Positions 37,871 through 48,727 of a DNA stretch of 64,000 bases are shown piece by piece. The position numbers and the translations under genes are program-made. The DNA comes from Tissierellia bacterium (GTDB lineage: Bacteria > Bacillota > Clostridia > Tissierellales > Peptoniphilaceae): contig JAUNVH010000001.1 in the NCBI GenBank assembly GCA_030537765.1, forward strand, positions 55,047 through 119,046. Direction: 5' to 3'. A model generated the notes under the pieces. It worked only from the letters and a program-made list of their open reading frames with translations. It did no database searches and had not been told where the DNA came from. The first letter of the stretch is position 1, and each line of letters starts with the position of its first letter.

Positions 37871-39838
37871 ATGGAAAAATCAAAAATATTTGATGGTGAT
37901 CAAATAAAATATTTAAGTTTATTAGCCAAAAGTTATCCTAATATAGATTCAGTTTCTAGTAAGATAATTGATTTATCTGCTGTACTTCATATGCCAAAAG
38001 CCACAGAACACTTTGTTTCAGATGTTCATGGCGAATACGATGCTTTTGGTCATGTCATAAAGAACGCATCTGGTGTTATTAAAAATTATATTGAAGAATT
38101 GTATTCAAAAGTTTTAACTACTGACGAAAAGAGTCAATTAGCGACATTAATTTATTATCCACAAGAAAAACTATATCATTTAAAAGAATTAAATCTAATC
38201 GATGATGATTGGTACAGAAAGACCATAATGAATTTAATTGGTATGACAAGGCGTGTTGGTTCAAAATATAATCGTGAAAAAGTAAAACTAGCGTTTCCTC
38301 GCGATCTATATTATGTATTAGAAGAACTATTATTTGAAAGCCCTTCCAATAGACATAAAGGTACTTATTATAATACCTTGATAGATCAAATTATAGAATT
38401 GGAAATGGGAGATAAATATATTATTGCATTGGCAACTCTTACAAAACGTTTTGCAGTTGAACATCTTCATGTAGTAGGCGATATTTATGATAGAGGCGAC
38501 AAAGCTTGCGCAGTAATGGATTTTTTAGTCAATCACCACGATGCAGATATTCAATGGGGTAATCACGATATTGCCTGGATTGGAGCTGCCTCTGGAAATA
38601 TTGCATTAATTGCTAATGTAGTGCGAATTGCAGCCAGATACGATAATCTTAGTACATTGGAAGATGATTACGGAATAAATTTAGTGCCGCTAATTACTTT
38701 GGCAATGAAACTATATAAAGATGATCCTTGTAAAGACTTTATCCCCAAAGCAGAAATTAAAGATCAGACTGAAAGAGAATTAGTTTCTAAAATTCACAAG
38801 GCAATTAGTATTATTCAATTCAAAGCTGAGGCTCAATTAATTTTAGAGCATCCTGAGTTTAAAATGGACCATAGAATACTCTTAAATAGCCTGAGTTCAG
38901 ATCATAGATATATTGAAATTAAAGGCACTGTATATGAGCTACTTGATAGTAATTTCCCAACCTTTAAAGAAAGTCCTATAGTATTTACTCCCGACGAAGA
39001 AGTTGTAGTAGAAAAATTAAAATATTCATTTACTAATAGCACAAAATTGCAAGAACATATCAAATTTATGGTCAATAAAGGCTCAATATACAAAATTGCC
39101 AATGACAATGTATTATACCATGGTTGCGTACCTTTAAACGAAGATGGAAGCATTAAAGAAACTAATTTTTTGGGCAAACCATTGAAGGGAAAAGAGCTTT
39201 TAGACGAGTTGACAAAGATTGTAAAAGCAGGTTTTTTTGAACAAGATGATTTAGAAATTAAAGATTATAATAATGATATTATGTGGTATCTATGGTGCGG
39301 TCCTGACTCACCTTTATTCGGCAAGGACGAAATGACTACTTTTGAAAGATATTTTATCGACGACAAATCCACACATAAGGAGCGAAAAAATTCCTATTAT
39401 AAATATAGAGATAATGAAAAAATAGTAGATTCGATTTTAAAAGAATTTAATATTATCTCGCCTATCGGGAAACTGATAAACGGTCATGTACCTGTAAAAG
39501 CGAGTGAAGGTGAAAACCCAGTAAAGGCAAACGGTAAATTAATAGTAATTGATGGCGGATTTTCTAAACCATATCAAAAAGTTACGGGTATTGGAGGATT
39601 TACTCTAATCTCTAATTCATACGGCCTGTTAATTGCGCAGCATCAGCCTTTCGTGTCTAAAAAGGAAGCTGTTGAATCAGAAGCCGAAATGACAACTAAA
39701 ACTGAATTCGTTTTAAAATATGACGAGAGAAGAAAAGTGGCCTCTACAGATTTAGGCACAAATATAATGCAAAGAATTTCAGATTTGAAAGATCTTTTAA
39801 CAGCATATAAAACGGGACAAATTGCGGAAAAACAATAA
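37871..39838 (+). CDS. fbp: Fructose-1,6-bisphosphatase class III
   Basis: 655 aa, Firmicute-type FBPase. Metallophosphoesterase motifs HVVGDIYDRGD and GNHD. Confidence 0.92.
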   Translation: MEKSKIFDGDQIKYLSLLAKSYPNIDSVSSKIIDLSAVLHMPKATEHFVSDVHGEYDAFGHVIKNASGVIKNYIEELYSKVLTTDEKSQLATLIYYPQEKLYHLKELNLIDDDWYRKTIMNLIGMTRRVGSKYNREKVKLAFPRDLYYVLEELLFESPSNRHKGTYYNTLIDQIIELEMGDKYIIALATLTKRFAVEHLHVVGDIYDRGDKACAVMDFLVNHHDADIQWGNHDIAWIGAASGNIALIANVVRIAARYDNLSTLEDDYGINLVPLITLAMKLYKDDPCKDFIPKAEIKDQTERELVSKIHKAISIIQFKAEAQLILEHPEFKMDHRILLNSLSSDHRYIEIKGTVYELLDSNFPTFKESPIVFTPDEEVVVEKLKYSFTNSTKLQEHIKFMVNKGSIYKIANDNVLYHGCVPLNEDGSIKETNFLGKPLKGKELLDELTKIVKAGFFEQDDLEIKDYNNDIMWYLWCGPDSPLFGKDEMTTFERYFIDDKSTHKERKNSYYKYRDNEKIVDSILKEFNIISPIGKLINGHVPVKASEGENPVKANGKLIVIDGGFSKPYQKVTGIGGFTLISNSYGLLIAQHQPFVSKKEAVESEAEMTTKTEFVLKYDERRKVASTDLGTNIMQRISDLKDLLTAYKTGQIAEKQ

Positions 39839-39858
39839 AGGAGCTTCTAAGCTCCTTT
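39837..39858. terminator. Shared hairpin between convergent fbp and alr
   Basis: AAAGGAGCTT-ct-AAGCTCCTTT palindrome spanning the whole 18-nt gap and touching both stop codons. U-tracts are weak on both strands. Confidence 0.5.
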
Positions 39859-41020
39859 AAAATTTATAATTACTATTATTTTTTATATATATTCTCTTTA
39901 CTCTCTTATTTATACCACACATTATTGTATACGGGATATCATCAATAGTATTTGCCATATCGATAATTGAAATAAATTTATCTTTAGATTGGCCAATTAA
40001 TACTACATCGTCATAGAGCTTATAGTCTTTAATTTCTGTTAGATCTATCATAATCTGATCCATACAGATATTGCCAACTATATTTGCATACTCTCCGTTA
40101 ATTAATACATGATATTTATTACTGAGCCTCCTAGGATATCCATCGCCATAACCAATTGAAACGGTCCCCACAAGCATATCTTTTTTAGCTTTATAAGTTT
40201 GAGAATATCCTATAGATTCGCCAGCTTTAACCTCTTTTATATGAACCAATTTAGACTTTAAGCTAAAGGCTTCTTTTAGTTGTAAATGTGTAAGGTCTTC
40301 AATATGTGATATATCTATGCCATACAATATAATTCCCGGTCTTACCATATCGAAGCTTTCTGGGTAACCGCAAAGTAATGAAGCACTATTATTGATATGT
40401 TTTATAATATTACTATATTCTTTAGGAAGTCTTTCCATAGCAGCTTTAAAATTTTTCATTTGGAAATCTACAAATTTTCTATTTTCATCTGCCGTAGCAA
40501 AATGACTGAATATTCCTTCAACTGCAATATTTTTGAAATTGAAAACTTCTAAAAAATTCTCACCGCCTAAATTTTTGGGCTTAAATCCAATTCGGTTCAT
40601 TCCAGTATCAATTTTTATATGAGCAAGGGCTTTTTTGCCAATATCTTTTGCAACATTATTGATCATCATGGCTTCTTCTAGCGAAGATATAGTAAGAATT
40701 ATATTATTTTTTATAGCAATATCAAACTCCGATGGTAAAATATGACCTAAGACTAATATATTGATATTATTACTCAAAGCTCTAATCTCCAAAGCTTCAT
40801 CTATATTTGCAACTGCAAAAAAATTAATATCATTGTCTATCATATCTTTAACAATAGTTTTTGCTCCCATTTGATAGCAGTCATCTTTTACAACGGGACA
40901 AATAATTGTGCAATCTGGCAAGCTATCTTTGATCTGTTTAATATTATAATTGATTGCATCTAAATCAATTATTAATGATGTCAAAGAATCCAATTTCTCA
41001 CCTTCTATCAAATAATGCAT
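39857..41020 (-). CDS. alr: Alanine racemase
   Basis: PLP-lysine motif VVKDDCYQMG and a C-terminal CMDQIMIDLT. The start is either ATG 41020 (23-nt overlap with ftsY) or TTG 40993 (4 nt after the ftsY stop, behind AGGTGA). Confidence 0.88.
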   Translation of the reverse strand: MHYLIEGEKLDSLTSLIIDLDAINYNIKQIKDSLPDCTIICPVVKDDCYQMGAKTIVKDMIDNDINFFAVANIDEALEIRALSNNINILVLGHILPSEFDIAIKNNIILTISSLEEAMMINNVAKDIGKKALAHIKIDTGMNRIGFKPKNLGGENFLEVFNFKNIAVEGIFSHFATADENRKFVDFQMKNFKAAMERLPKEYSNIIKHINNSASLLCGYPESFDMVRPGIILYGIDISHIEDLTHLQLKEAFSLKSKLVHIKEVKAGESIGYSQTYKAKKDMLVGTVSIGYGDGYPRRLSNKYHVLINGEYANIVGNICMDQIMIDLTEIKDYKLYDDVVLIGQSKDKFISIIDMANTIDDIPYTIMCGINKRVKRIYIKNNSNYKF

Positions 41021-42026
41021 CTACAAATGTATCGGGATTAAAATCTTGTAGATCCTCTATTTTTTCGCCTACCCCAATCAATTTTACGGGAATTTTCAGT
41101 TCATTTTGCAATGCTATTACTACTCCACCTTTAGCAGTACCGTCAAGTTTTGTTAAAGCAATAGATGATATATCAGCAGTTTCTTTAAAAGTCTTAGCTT
41201 GAATCATTGCATTTTGTCCAGTAGTTGCATCTAATACTAGTAGAACTTCTCGTGAAGATTGAGGGAAATTATCGTCTATTATTCTGAAAATTTTATTTAA
41301 TTCTTTCATAAGATTCGATTTGTTGTGAAGTCTGCCGGCGGTGTCACATATTAAAACATCGGCATCTCTGGCTTTTGAAGCTGTTATTGCATCATACACG
41401 ACAGCTGCAGGGTCTGCGCCTTCAGAATGTTTAATAATGTCGCTATTTGATCTATTGGCCCATTCTTCCAATTGATCAATAGCTGCCGCTCTAAATGTAT
41501 CTGCTGCAGCTATTACTACTTTCTTGCCTTCTGTCCTAAGTCTATGCGCAATTTTTCCTATTGTAGTAGTTTTACCTACTCCATTTACACCGATAACTAA
41601 TAAAACTGAAGGCTTATGATCTAAATCTAATTTGAAACTTGAAACAGATTGCTTAAGCATGTTTTTTGTTTCATCGGCCAAAACATCAGGTATCTCATTA
41701 GGATCTTTAATTTTGTCTTCGTAAATACGATCTTTTACTCTATCTATTAACTCCATTGTTGTTTCGACACCGACATCAGCAGAGATCAAGATTTCTTCTA
41801 GTTCTTCATATAAATCGTCATCTATTACAGCGTAGCCTCCAAGTGTTGAAGTAATTTTTTTCGTAATATTATCTCTAGTCTTTTCAAGTCCTCCGAAAAG
41901 TCTTTTGAAAAAACCAGTTTCTTCATTTTCAAAATCATTTACAGAATCAGAAAGCTGTTCTATTTCTTTATTGTCATCTTTTATATCCTCATTTTCTGAC
42001 TTATCTTTTTTAAACCAATTAAACAT
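40998..42026 (-). CDS. ftsY: Signal recognition particle receptor FtsY
   Basis: GVNGVGKTTTIGK, DTAGRL and TKLDGTAKGG motifs. smc-ftsY order. Confidence 0.95.
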   Translation of the reverse strand: MFNWFKKDKSENEDIKDDNKEIEQLSDSVNDFENEETGFFKRLFGGLEKTRDNITKKITSTLGGYAVIDDDLYEELEEILISADVGVETTMELIDRVKDRIYEDKIKDPNEIPDVLADETKNMLKQSVSSFKLDLDHKPSVLLVIGVNGVGKTTTIGKIAHRLRTEGKKVVIAAADTFRAAAIDQLEEWANRSNSDIIKHSEGADPAAVVYDAITASKARDADVLICDTAGRLHNKSNLMKELNKIFRIIDDNFPQSSREVLLVLDATTGQNAMIQAKTFKETADISSIALTKLDGTAKGGVVIALQNELKIPVKLIGVGEKIEDLQDFNPDTFVDALFDRR

Positions 42027-42035
42027 ATTATCCTC

Positions 42036-45000
42036 CTATTCCAGTTTCATAGATATAATATCACTTATACCTGGATTCTGCATTGTTATGCCATAAAGTG
42101 TGTCACCTATTTCCATAGTAGTTTTTCTATGAGTAATGATTGCAAACTGAATATCCTTTAGGGTTTCTAAATAATTCATATATCTTCTAATATTTGCATC
42201 ATCTAGCGCAGCGTCTATCTCGTCTAATAGACAAAATGGCGCAGGCCTAGTCTTGAGCAGTGAAAATATTATCGCCACTGATGTTAAAGCTTTTTCTCCT
42301 CCAGACAATAAGCTAATTGTTTGCATATTTTTTCCTGGTGGACATGCTTTTATCTCAATATTAGAATTCAACAATGGCTCATCTTCATCTTCTGGTTCTA
42401 TCAATAAAATCTCTGCCTGGCCACCCCCAAATAGAAGTTTAAAAATTTCTTTGAAATTATTATTAATTTCTTCAACTGAATCATAAAATACATCTTTCAT
42501 ATTCTTTTCCAAATTCGATATAAGTTTTTCTAAATCTTTTTTGGCTTGAATTAAATCATTATATTGACTGTTATTAAATTCATATCGTTCTTTAGTCAAA
42601 TTATAAGCTTCAATAGCTTGAGGATTAATTTGCCCCAATTTTTCCATTTGAGATTTGACTTTTGCAACTGAAATGCGAACATTTGGTTTTTCAATCTGTT
42701 CATCTATATTATCTAGATCTATTTTTATATTATAAAATTCATCAAGATATTCTTTTATCTCTAACTTTTTATTGCTAAGCTTTTCGTCTTGCAACTCAAG
42801 ATAATTTATTCTTTTTTCTAATTCTAAGACTAGATCTCTTATTTCGTCATTTCTAATTTGTATATCATTATAAGATTTTATTAATTCTCTCTTTCTTATT
42901 TTTAATTCATTTGATTCATCGTTTAACTTAATTGTTTCTAAAAGTTTTAGATATTCCAAATTATTTGTAGAAATTTCGTTTTTCAGATTTTCGATATCTT
43001 GAATTAATTTGTTTTTCTCGTCATTTAGTTCATCTTTTCGTAGTTCGTCTCCGTCTAATATTTTTCTATTTCTTTCAATGCTGTTTTGATATATTTTTAT
43101 TTCAGATTGAATTTGATTATATTTTATCTTTTGATCAGTATTTGAATTGTCTAATAAATTATAATCATTTATAAGTTTCTGATAGTCTTTTTCTATATTT
43201 TTTAATTCATTTTCTAATATATTTAAATCATTGGTTAAATCGTCTCTATCAGTATTTATCTTTTTATTTAAATCATCTTCATCTACAATTTGAGCCTTTA
43301 AACTTTCTACTTGTGTTAAGTATTCAGCTAAATGTAATTCATTGGACTTTTCTGAAGACTTTAAACTCTCTATCCTAAGCTCAAGCTTTCCAATATTTGT
43401 ATCATATTCACCGAGGCTAGAAAGCTCTTTATCGTATTTATCTTTAGTGTTTTCAAAATCTTTTAAAAATTTATCAATTTTAGTTTTAATACAAAGCAGA
43501 TCATTTTCGTCTTCAATGATAGTATTTTTAAGTTTTACTATTTTATTCTTTCTAAATAATATTGAGCCACCTTTATCTATATATGAGCTCGTCATGGAGC
43601 CCCCAGCATTAACAGTATCTCCATTCAAAGTTATTATTCTAAAAGAAAACTTCTCTTTTTTAGCAATATCAAGAGCGTGATCCATATTCTCAACGATTAA
43701 GCTATTGCCGAGTAGATTTTTTATGATATTTTCATATTTATTATCATATTTTACCAATCTATCAGGCGTTACCGCAATCGATTTATATTTTTCTAGAATT
43801 CTTTTGTTGAGCATTCTTGGCTTAATAGTATCCATTGGCAAAAAAGTAATTCTACCGTATTTCTTTTTATTTAAATACTCTATCATTTTTTTTGCAGATT
43901 GTGCATCTTTTACCACGATATTCTGTAAAGAACTTCCCAATGCTACAGAAAGTGCTTTTTCGTATTTCTCATCAGTAGAAATTAAATCAGCCAATGTACC
44001 TTCAATTTTATCTATAAATATTTTTTCTCGTCTAGAGGCATTGATAAAATCTTTGATGCTCTTAAAGTAACCCTCATAATTATTTTCCATGCTTTCTAGT
44101 AGTTTTAATTGAGACTTTGCTGATTCAAGTTTTGCTTTTTTATTGTTATAAATCTTATTTTCTTTTTCAATATCCTTTTCAAATTTAAAAATATCAGCTT
44201 TATATTTTTCTGTTTTATTCAATAAAGATTTTTTATTTAATTTGATACTTTCAATCTCTGATTCGCAATTATTTATTGAATTTTCAAATTCTTCACGGTT
44301 TTTTAATAATAAATTTAAATTGCTATTTAAATATTCGATTCTTTCTAATCTATCATTTCTAATAGATGAAGATGTGTTAAGCTTCAAGTCGATTTTAGAA
44401 ATTTTCATTTTCAGATTATCAATTTCTTCGCTTTTTGTATCAATTTCCAGTTTATTATTTTGAAGCTCTTTTTCTAATTGTTGCTTTTGAAGATTATATT
44501 CTTCAAATTTCTCTCGTACATTTAAAAATTCAGCTTGCGTTTCAGACATAGTTTTAACATCTGCATCAATATTTTCTTTTAATTCAGATATTTCCAATTC
44601 TATTTCTTTTAAATCTCCATCTATTCTAGAGATTCGTTCAGTTTTTGATTCAATAGTATTTTTTGAAATATCAATTACAGATTTAATATTAGATGCTTTT
44701 TCTGTTAATTGTTTTTGTGCTTCGCTTTGACTTTCGATTTTTTCGTCTAGTTTTTCTGTATTTAATAGTATCTCTTTACTACTTTGTGAATTTGCTTTTA
44801 ATTCTTCATTTAAAATTGTTAATTGCGCAGAATTTTGTTCTAATTCTTCAAGAAACTTTTTCAAATCATTTTCATTTCTTTTGATTGTCATTAAATTATT
44901 ATAGACTTCTTGCGTTTTTAATGATTCAAATAATTCATTGTAAAGTTTAGTGTTTTCTGCTTCTTTTTTTTCGTATTCTAGGCGATCTTTTAGTTCAATT

Positions 45001-45584
45001 ATAATATCATTTAATCTGATTAAATTATTTTGAGTTGCATCTAGCTTTCTAACTGCTTCAGCTCTTTTATATTTAAACTTACTAATGCCAGCTGCTTCAT
45101 GAAAAACTGCTCTTCTTTCATCTGGATTGTTGCTTAAAATTTGAGCGATTTGACCTTGACCGATAATAGAATATCCGTCTTTACCAATGCCAGTATCCAT
45201 AAATAATTCCCGTATATCCTTTAGTCTACAAGGATTATTATTTATATAGTATTCGCTTTCACCACTTCTAAAAAGTCTTCTTTTTATTACGACTTCAGAA
45301 TAGTCTATTGGTATGTAATTGTCGCTATTATCAAATACTAAAGATACTTCAGCCATACCTAAAGCTTTTCTCTTATCAGTGCCCGAAAAGATAAAATCTT
45401 CCATTTTATTTCCGCGTAAACTTTTTATACTCTGTTCACCCAAAACCCATCTAATAGCATCGGATATATTACTTTTACCGCTGCCATTTGGTCCTACGAT
45501 ACAGGTTACTCCATTATGAAATTTTATTTCTGTCTTATCGGCAAAGGATTTGAATCCTTGCATAGTAAGTGATTTTAAATACAT
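42036..45584 (-). CDS. smc: Chromosome segregation protein SMC
   Basis: 1182 aa. Walker A GPNGSGKSN, long coiled coils with a hinge, signature LSGGEKALT, and Walker B LLDEIDAALD. Confidence 0.96.
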   Translation of the reverse strand: MYLKSLTMQGFKSFADKTEIKFHNGVTCIVGPNGSGKSNISDAIRWVLGEQSIKSLRGNKMEDFIFSGTDKRKALGMAEVSLVFDNSDNYIPIDYSEVVIKRRLFRSGESEYYINNNPCRLKDIRELFMDTGIGKDGYSIIGQGQIAQILSNNPDERRAVFHEAAGISKFKYKRAEAVRKLDATQNNLIRLNDIIIELKDRLEYEKKEAENTKLYNELFESLKTQEVYNNLMTIKRNENDLKKFLEELEQNSAQLTILNEELKANSQSSKEILLNTEKLDEKIESQSEAQKQLTEKASNIKSVIDISKNTIESKTERISRIDGDLKEIELEISELKENIDADVKTMSETQAEFLNVREKFEEYNLQKQQLEKELQNNKLEIDTKSEEIDNLKMKISKIDLKLNTSSSIRNDRLERIEYLNSNLNLLLKNREEFENSINNCESEIESIKLNKKSLLNKTEKYKADIFKFEKDIEKENKIYNNKKAKLESAKSQLKLLESMENNYEGYFKSIKDFINASRREKIFIDKIEGTLADLISTDEKYEKALSVALGSSLQNIVVKDAQSAKKMIEYLNKKKYGRITFLPMDTIKPRMLNKRILEKYKSIAVTPDRLVKYDNKYENIIKNLLGNSLIVENMDHALDIAKKEKFSFRIITLNGDTVNAGGSMTSSYIDKGGSILFRKNKIVKLKNTIIEDENDLLCIKTKIDKFLKDFENTKDKYDKELSSLGEYDTNIGKLELRIESLKSSEKSNELHLAEYLTQVESLKAQIVDEDDLNKKINTDRDDLTNDLNILENELKNIEKDYQKLINDYNLLDNSNTDQKIKYNQIQSEIKIYQNSIERNRKILDGDELRKDELNDEKNKLIQDIENLKNEISTNNLEYLKLLETIKLNDESNELKIRKRELIKSYNDIQIRNDEIRDLVLELEKRINYLELQDEKLSNKKLEIKEYLDEFYNIKIDLDNIDEQIEKPNVRISVAKVKSQMEKLGQINPQAIEAYNLTKERYEFNNSQYNDLIQAKKDLEKLISNLEKNMKDVFYDSVEEINNNFKEIFKLLFGGGQAEILLIEPEDEDEPLLNSNIEIKACPPGKNMQTISLLSGGEKALTSVAIIFSLLKTRPAPFCLLDEIDAALDDANIRRYMNYLETLKDIQFAIITHRKTTMEIGDTLYGITMQNPGISDIISMKLE

Positions 45585-46666
45585 CAGCTTTCATCCAATT
45601 CAATTATATTTTTTGCCTCTTTATCAATTAAAATCTTATACTTATTTATAAAATCACTAATAAATATAAGATTTTCACTACATGGAATAGAACGTAGTTT
45701 TATTTTCTTGAGTTTCAAATGTTCATACAGATATTTTTTATTCATGCCCTTATGTCCAGAGATGAGTGAAATATTTCTATTTGAGGCTAAAACTTCTAAA
45801 TTCTCAAAATTTAAATTTAAACGATTATAAAAATTTAATATAATATCTCGTAAGAATCTTCCTTCTGCAAGTTCTCTAAAGCTTTCATGAAATGGGCCTG
45901 CTAAAACATCTTTATCTCTTGCAATTTCATCAGTATTTTGTAAACCTATTCTTATTATGTCTATATTTTTTGCATAGTAGAATGCTATAAGTTTCGAAGT
46001 TCTATTTACAGCATCTTCTAATGATAAAGGTTTATAAGTATCAGTTAAAAATTGATCATGAAGCTCAGTATCCTTAATCACTAATGTGGGATAGATTCTT
46101 ACAAAATCAGGCTTCATATCAATTATTTCACGAGTAGTAAATAGCATAGATTCATAATTTTCTCCAGGAAGACCAATCATTTGCTGTAAACCTAAGCTAA
46201 AATATTTATTTTCTCTAATGAGATTTACTGCAATTTTTGAATCTTTTGCACTATGACCTCTATTTGAAAGCCTTAGAACATTGTCATCCATGCTCTGTAT
46301 CCCCAGTTCGATAATATCTACACCATAATCACATAATTGAGAAAGAATCTCTTCATTTATATAATCTGGTCTTGTAGAAATTCTAATGCTTTGAATGATA
46401 TTTTTGTCCTTATATGATTTTGCAATCTCAAGCAGCTCTTTTCGATATTTTTGATCTATTGCAGTGAAGCTGCCTCCATAAAAAGCAATTTCTTTTTCTA
46501 TTTCTTTATTTTTAAAATATGATAGATATTTTTCGATATAATTTGTTATTTCTAACGATGATTTTGATTCTATTTGTCCTGTGATTCGCCTTTGATTGCA
46601 AAATACGCAATCTTGCGGGCAGCCCAGATGCGGAACAAATATGGGAATAATATTTGTTTTTTTCAT
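45584..46666 (-). CDS. Radical SAM protein (ELP3-like core, no acetyltransferase domain)
   Basis: 360 aa. CxxxCxxC motif CPQDCVFCNQ near the N-terminus. Translationally coupled between rnc and smc. Confidence 0.7.
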   Translation of the reverse strand: MKKTNIIPIFVPHLGCPQDCVFCNQRRITGQIESKSSLEITNYIEKYLSYFKNKEIEKEIAFYGGSFTAIDQKYRKELLEIAKSYKDKNIIQSIRISTRPDYINEEILSQLCDYGVDIIELGIQSMDDNVLRLSNRGHSAKDSKIAVNLIRENKYFSLGLQQMIGLPGENYESMLFTTREIIDMKPDFVRIYPTLVIKDTELHDQFLTDTYKPLSLEDAVNRTSKLIAFYYAKNIDIIRIGLQNTDEIARDKDVLAGPFHESFRELAEGRFLRDIILNFYNRLNLNFENLEVLASNRNISLISGHKGMNKKYLYEHLKLKKIKLRSIPCSENLIFISDFINKYKILIDKEAKNIIELDES

Positions 46667-47379
46667 TCTACAATATCCATAGCCTTTAATGCGAAATATG
46701 CTGCTGCCTGCTCTGCTTTTTTAATAGAGCTTCCTTTTCCTTCGCCAACAATACGATCATTAATTTTTAACGATATTGTATATACAGTATCATGTTGAGA
46801 GCCTTTTTTACTCACTACTTCATATCTGAAATTATTTTCATGAATTCTTTGCATCTCTTCATGAAATAGAGATTTATAATCGAAAAATAAATCTCCTGAA
46901 ATGAATAGTTCTTTCATATATTTATCATATAGATTTAAAAAGACTTTGGCAGATATATCATAATTAGAATCGATAAACACTGCTCCTATAACTGCTTCTA
47001 AGGCATCAGAAAGAATTGAAGGTTTTTCATAGCCTCTGTCCTTAGTTTCTCCTTTGCCTAATAGTAAATAGTCTCCTAGATTGATAGAATTAGCTATCAT
47101 AGCAAGGGCTTTTTCATTTACAATTTCTGTGCGTTTATTAGATAAAATGCCCTCAGTCTTTTGTGGGGAATTTGTAAATAAATATGCAGCAACGGCCAAA
47201 TCAATTACTGCATCGCCTAAGAATTCCAGTAATTGATTGTCCGTTTTAATAATTTCTTTATTTTCATTTAGAAAAGAACTATGCGTCAAAGCATTAATTA
47301 ATAAATTAATATCTTTAAAATTATAGTCTAATTTTTTACATAGTTCTTTATATTTTTCTATATCATTTTTTGATTTCAT
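46663..47379 (-). CDS. rnc: Ribonuclease III
   Basis: Signature NQLLEFLGDAVIDL and a C-terminal dsRBD (GSSIKKAEQAAA). Confidence 0.94.
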   Translation of the reverse strand: MKSKNDIEKYKELCKKLDYNFKDINLLINALTHSSFLNENKEIIKTDNQLLEFLGDAVIDLAVAAYLFTNSPQKTEGILSNKRTEIVNEKALAMIANSINLGDYLLLGKGETKDRGYEKPSILSDALEAVIGAVFIDSNYDISAKVFLNLYDKYMKELFISGDLFFDYKSLFHEEMQRIHENNFRYEVVSKKGSQHDTVYTISLKINDRIVGEGKGSSIKKAEQAAAYFALKAMDIVE

Positions 47380-47615
47380 TAGTCTTCTAAATCTTCAATA
47401 TAGTCTATAACATCGCCTATTGTTCTAAAGTTTTCTACATCATCAGCATCAACTTCTAATTCTAGTTCGTCTTCTAAGGACATAAATAATTCAAAAAGTT
47501 CAATAGAGTCAGCATTTAAATCATCTCTAAAATCTAAATCTCTATCTAAATTTTCTGGATCCAAATTAAATTGTTGAGCTATAATTTCTAGTGCTTGTTT
47601 TAACATATTAATCAC
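47379..47615 (-). CDS. acpP: Acyl carrier protein
   Basis: 78 aa, strongly acidic. Phosphopantetheine-site motif LNADSIELFEL. Confidence 0.85.
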   Translation of the reverse strand: MINMLKQALEIIAQQFNLDPENLDRDLDFRDDLNADSIELFELFMSLEDELELEVDADDVENFRTIGDVIDYIEDLED

Positions 47616-47618
47616 CCT

Positions 47619-48599
47619 CTATAAGTATTTTTTTAGTTTCTCAATTGCATCGTTATTAATAAAATCTACAATCTGTTTAACACCGTTAAATATTGCGCGT
47701 GCATCGCTGCTACCATGCGCTTTGAATACGGGCATATTAAGTCCTAATAATGGAGCTCCGCCCACAGATTCATAATCAAACTGTTCAAAACTTTTTTTCA
47801 AAAATATTTTACTATTATTTCTAATATCTTCATTTTCTTCACTTTGTATATTTTCAATCATGACCTTCTTAAGCATCATTGCAGTGCCTTCATAAGCTTT
47901 CAGAAAAACATTGCCTGCAAATCCATCAGTAATTACGATGTCTACAATACCAAAAGGCACGTCTCTTGCTTCTATATTTCCAAAAAAGTTTATATGGTCA
48001 GAATTTTTTAAAAGTTCGAAACTTTCTTTAGTCAAGCTATTTCCTTTACCAGGCTCTGAACCAATATTTAATAGTCCTACTTTTGGATTATTAATTCCAT
48101 ATACAGACTCTAAATAAGTAGTGCCCATTATTGCAAATTGAAGTAGCATCTCTGCCGTACAGTCAACATTTGCACCTGAATCTAAAAATAGAGTATTGCT
48201 ATTTAAAACAGGAATAGATGTCACTATTGGGCTTCTCATAATTCCTTCAATTCTCTTTACAAAAAACATTCCTCCAGCTAGTAGTGCCCCAGTATTGCCG
48301 GCAGATAAAAAAGCGTCTGCCTCTTTGTTTGCTAGTTTATTCAAACCTACTACTATTGAGGATTCCCTTTTAGTCATAACGGCTTTTGCAGGTTCATCTT
48401 CATTTGAGATATTATCTACTGTATTAATTATTTCATAATTGTTTAAAGTTTCGTCTAAAGATTCTAAAGTATTTTTAATTTTATTTTCTTCCCCAATTAA
48501 AACTACTTCTATATCTAATTCATTTCTTGCTTTTATAGCGCCCTTTACAATTTCTAAAGGGGCATTATCTCCGCCTGCTGCATCAAATATTATTTTCAT
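47619..48599 (-). CDS. plsX: Phosphate acyltransferase PlsX
   Basis: DAAGGDNAP and DGFAGNVFLK motifs. I set the start at ATG 48599 after GGAGGA. Confidence 0.92.
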   Translation of the reverse strand: MKIIFDAAGGDNAPLEIVKGAIKARNELDIEVVLIGEENKIKNTLESLDETLNNYEIINTVDNISNEDEPAKAVMTKRESSIVVGLNKLANKEADAFLSAGNTGALLAGGMFFVKRIEGIMRSPIVTSIPVLNSNTLFLDSGANVDCTAEMLLQFAIMGTTYLESVYGINNPKVGLLNIGSEPGKGNSLTKESFELLKNSDHINFFGNIEARDVPFGIVDIVITDGFAGNVFLKAYEGTAMMLKKVMIENIQSEENEDIRNNSKIFLKKSFEQFDYESVGGAPLLGLNMPVFKAHGSSDARAIFNGVKQIVDFINNDAIEKLKKYL

Positions 48600-48630
48600 T
48601 TTTCCTCCATAAATTTTCAATCTAAAATAA

Positions 48631-48659
48631 ATATTATCCTAATCTTTTAGAAATTGCAA
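48631..48659 (-). promoter_or_regulatory. Probable promoter for plsX-acpP-rnc
   Basis: Minus strand TTGCAA (48659-48654), 17-nt spacer, TAATAT (48636-48631). Confidence 0.5.
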
Positions 48660-48675
48660 GCATTAGGCTATGATT

Positions 48676-48723
48676 AAATAAAAAAGTGCACCTCCAAATA
48701 TTTTTAAAATATTTGGGGCACAC
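48676..48723 (-). terminator. Intrinsic terminator after rpmF
   Basis: Minus strand GTGCCCCAAATATT-ttaaa-AATATTTGGaGgtGCAC (imperfect stem) followed by TTTTTTATTT. Confidence 0.7.
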
Positions 48724-48727
48724 TTTA

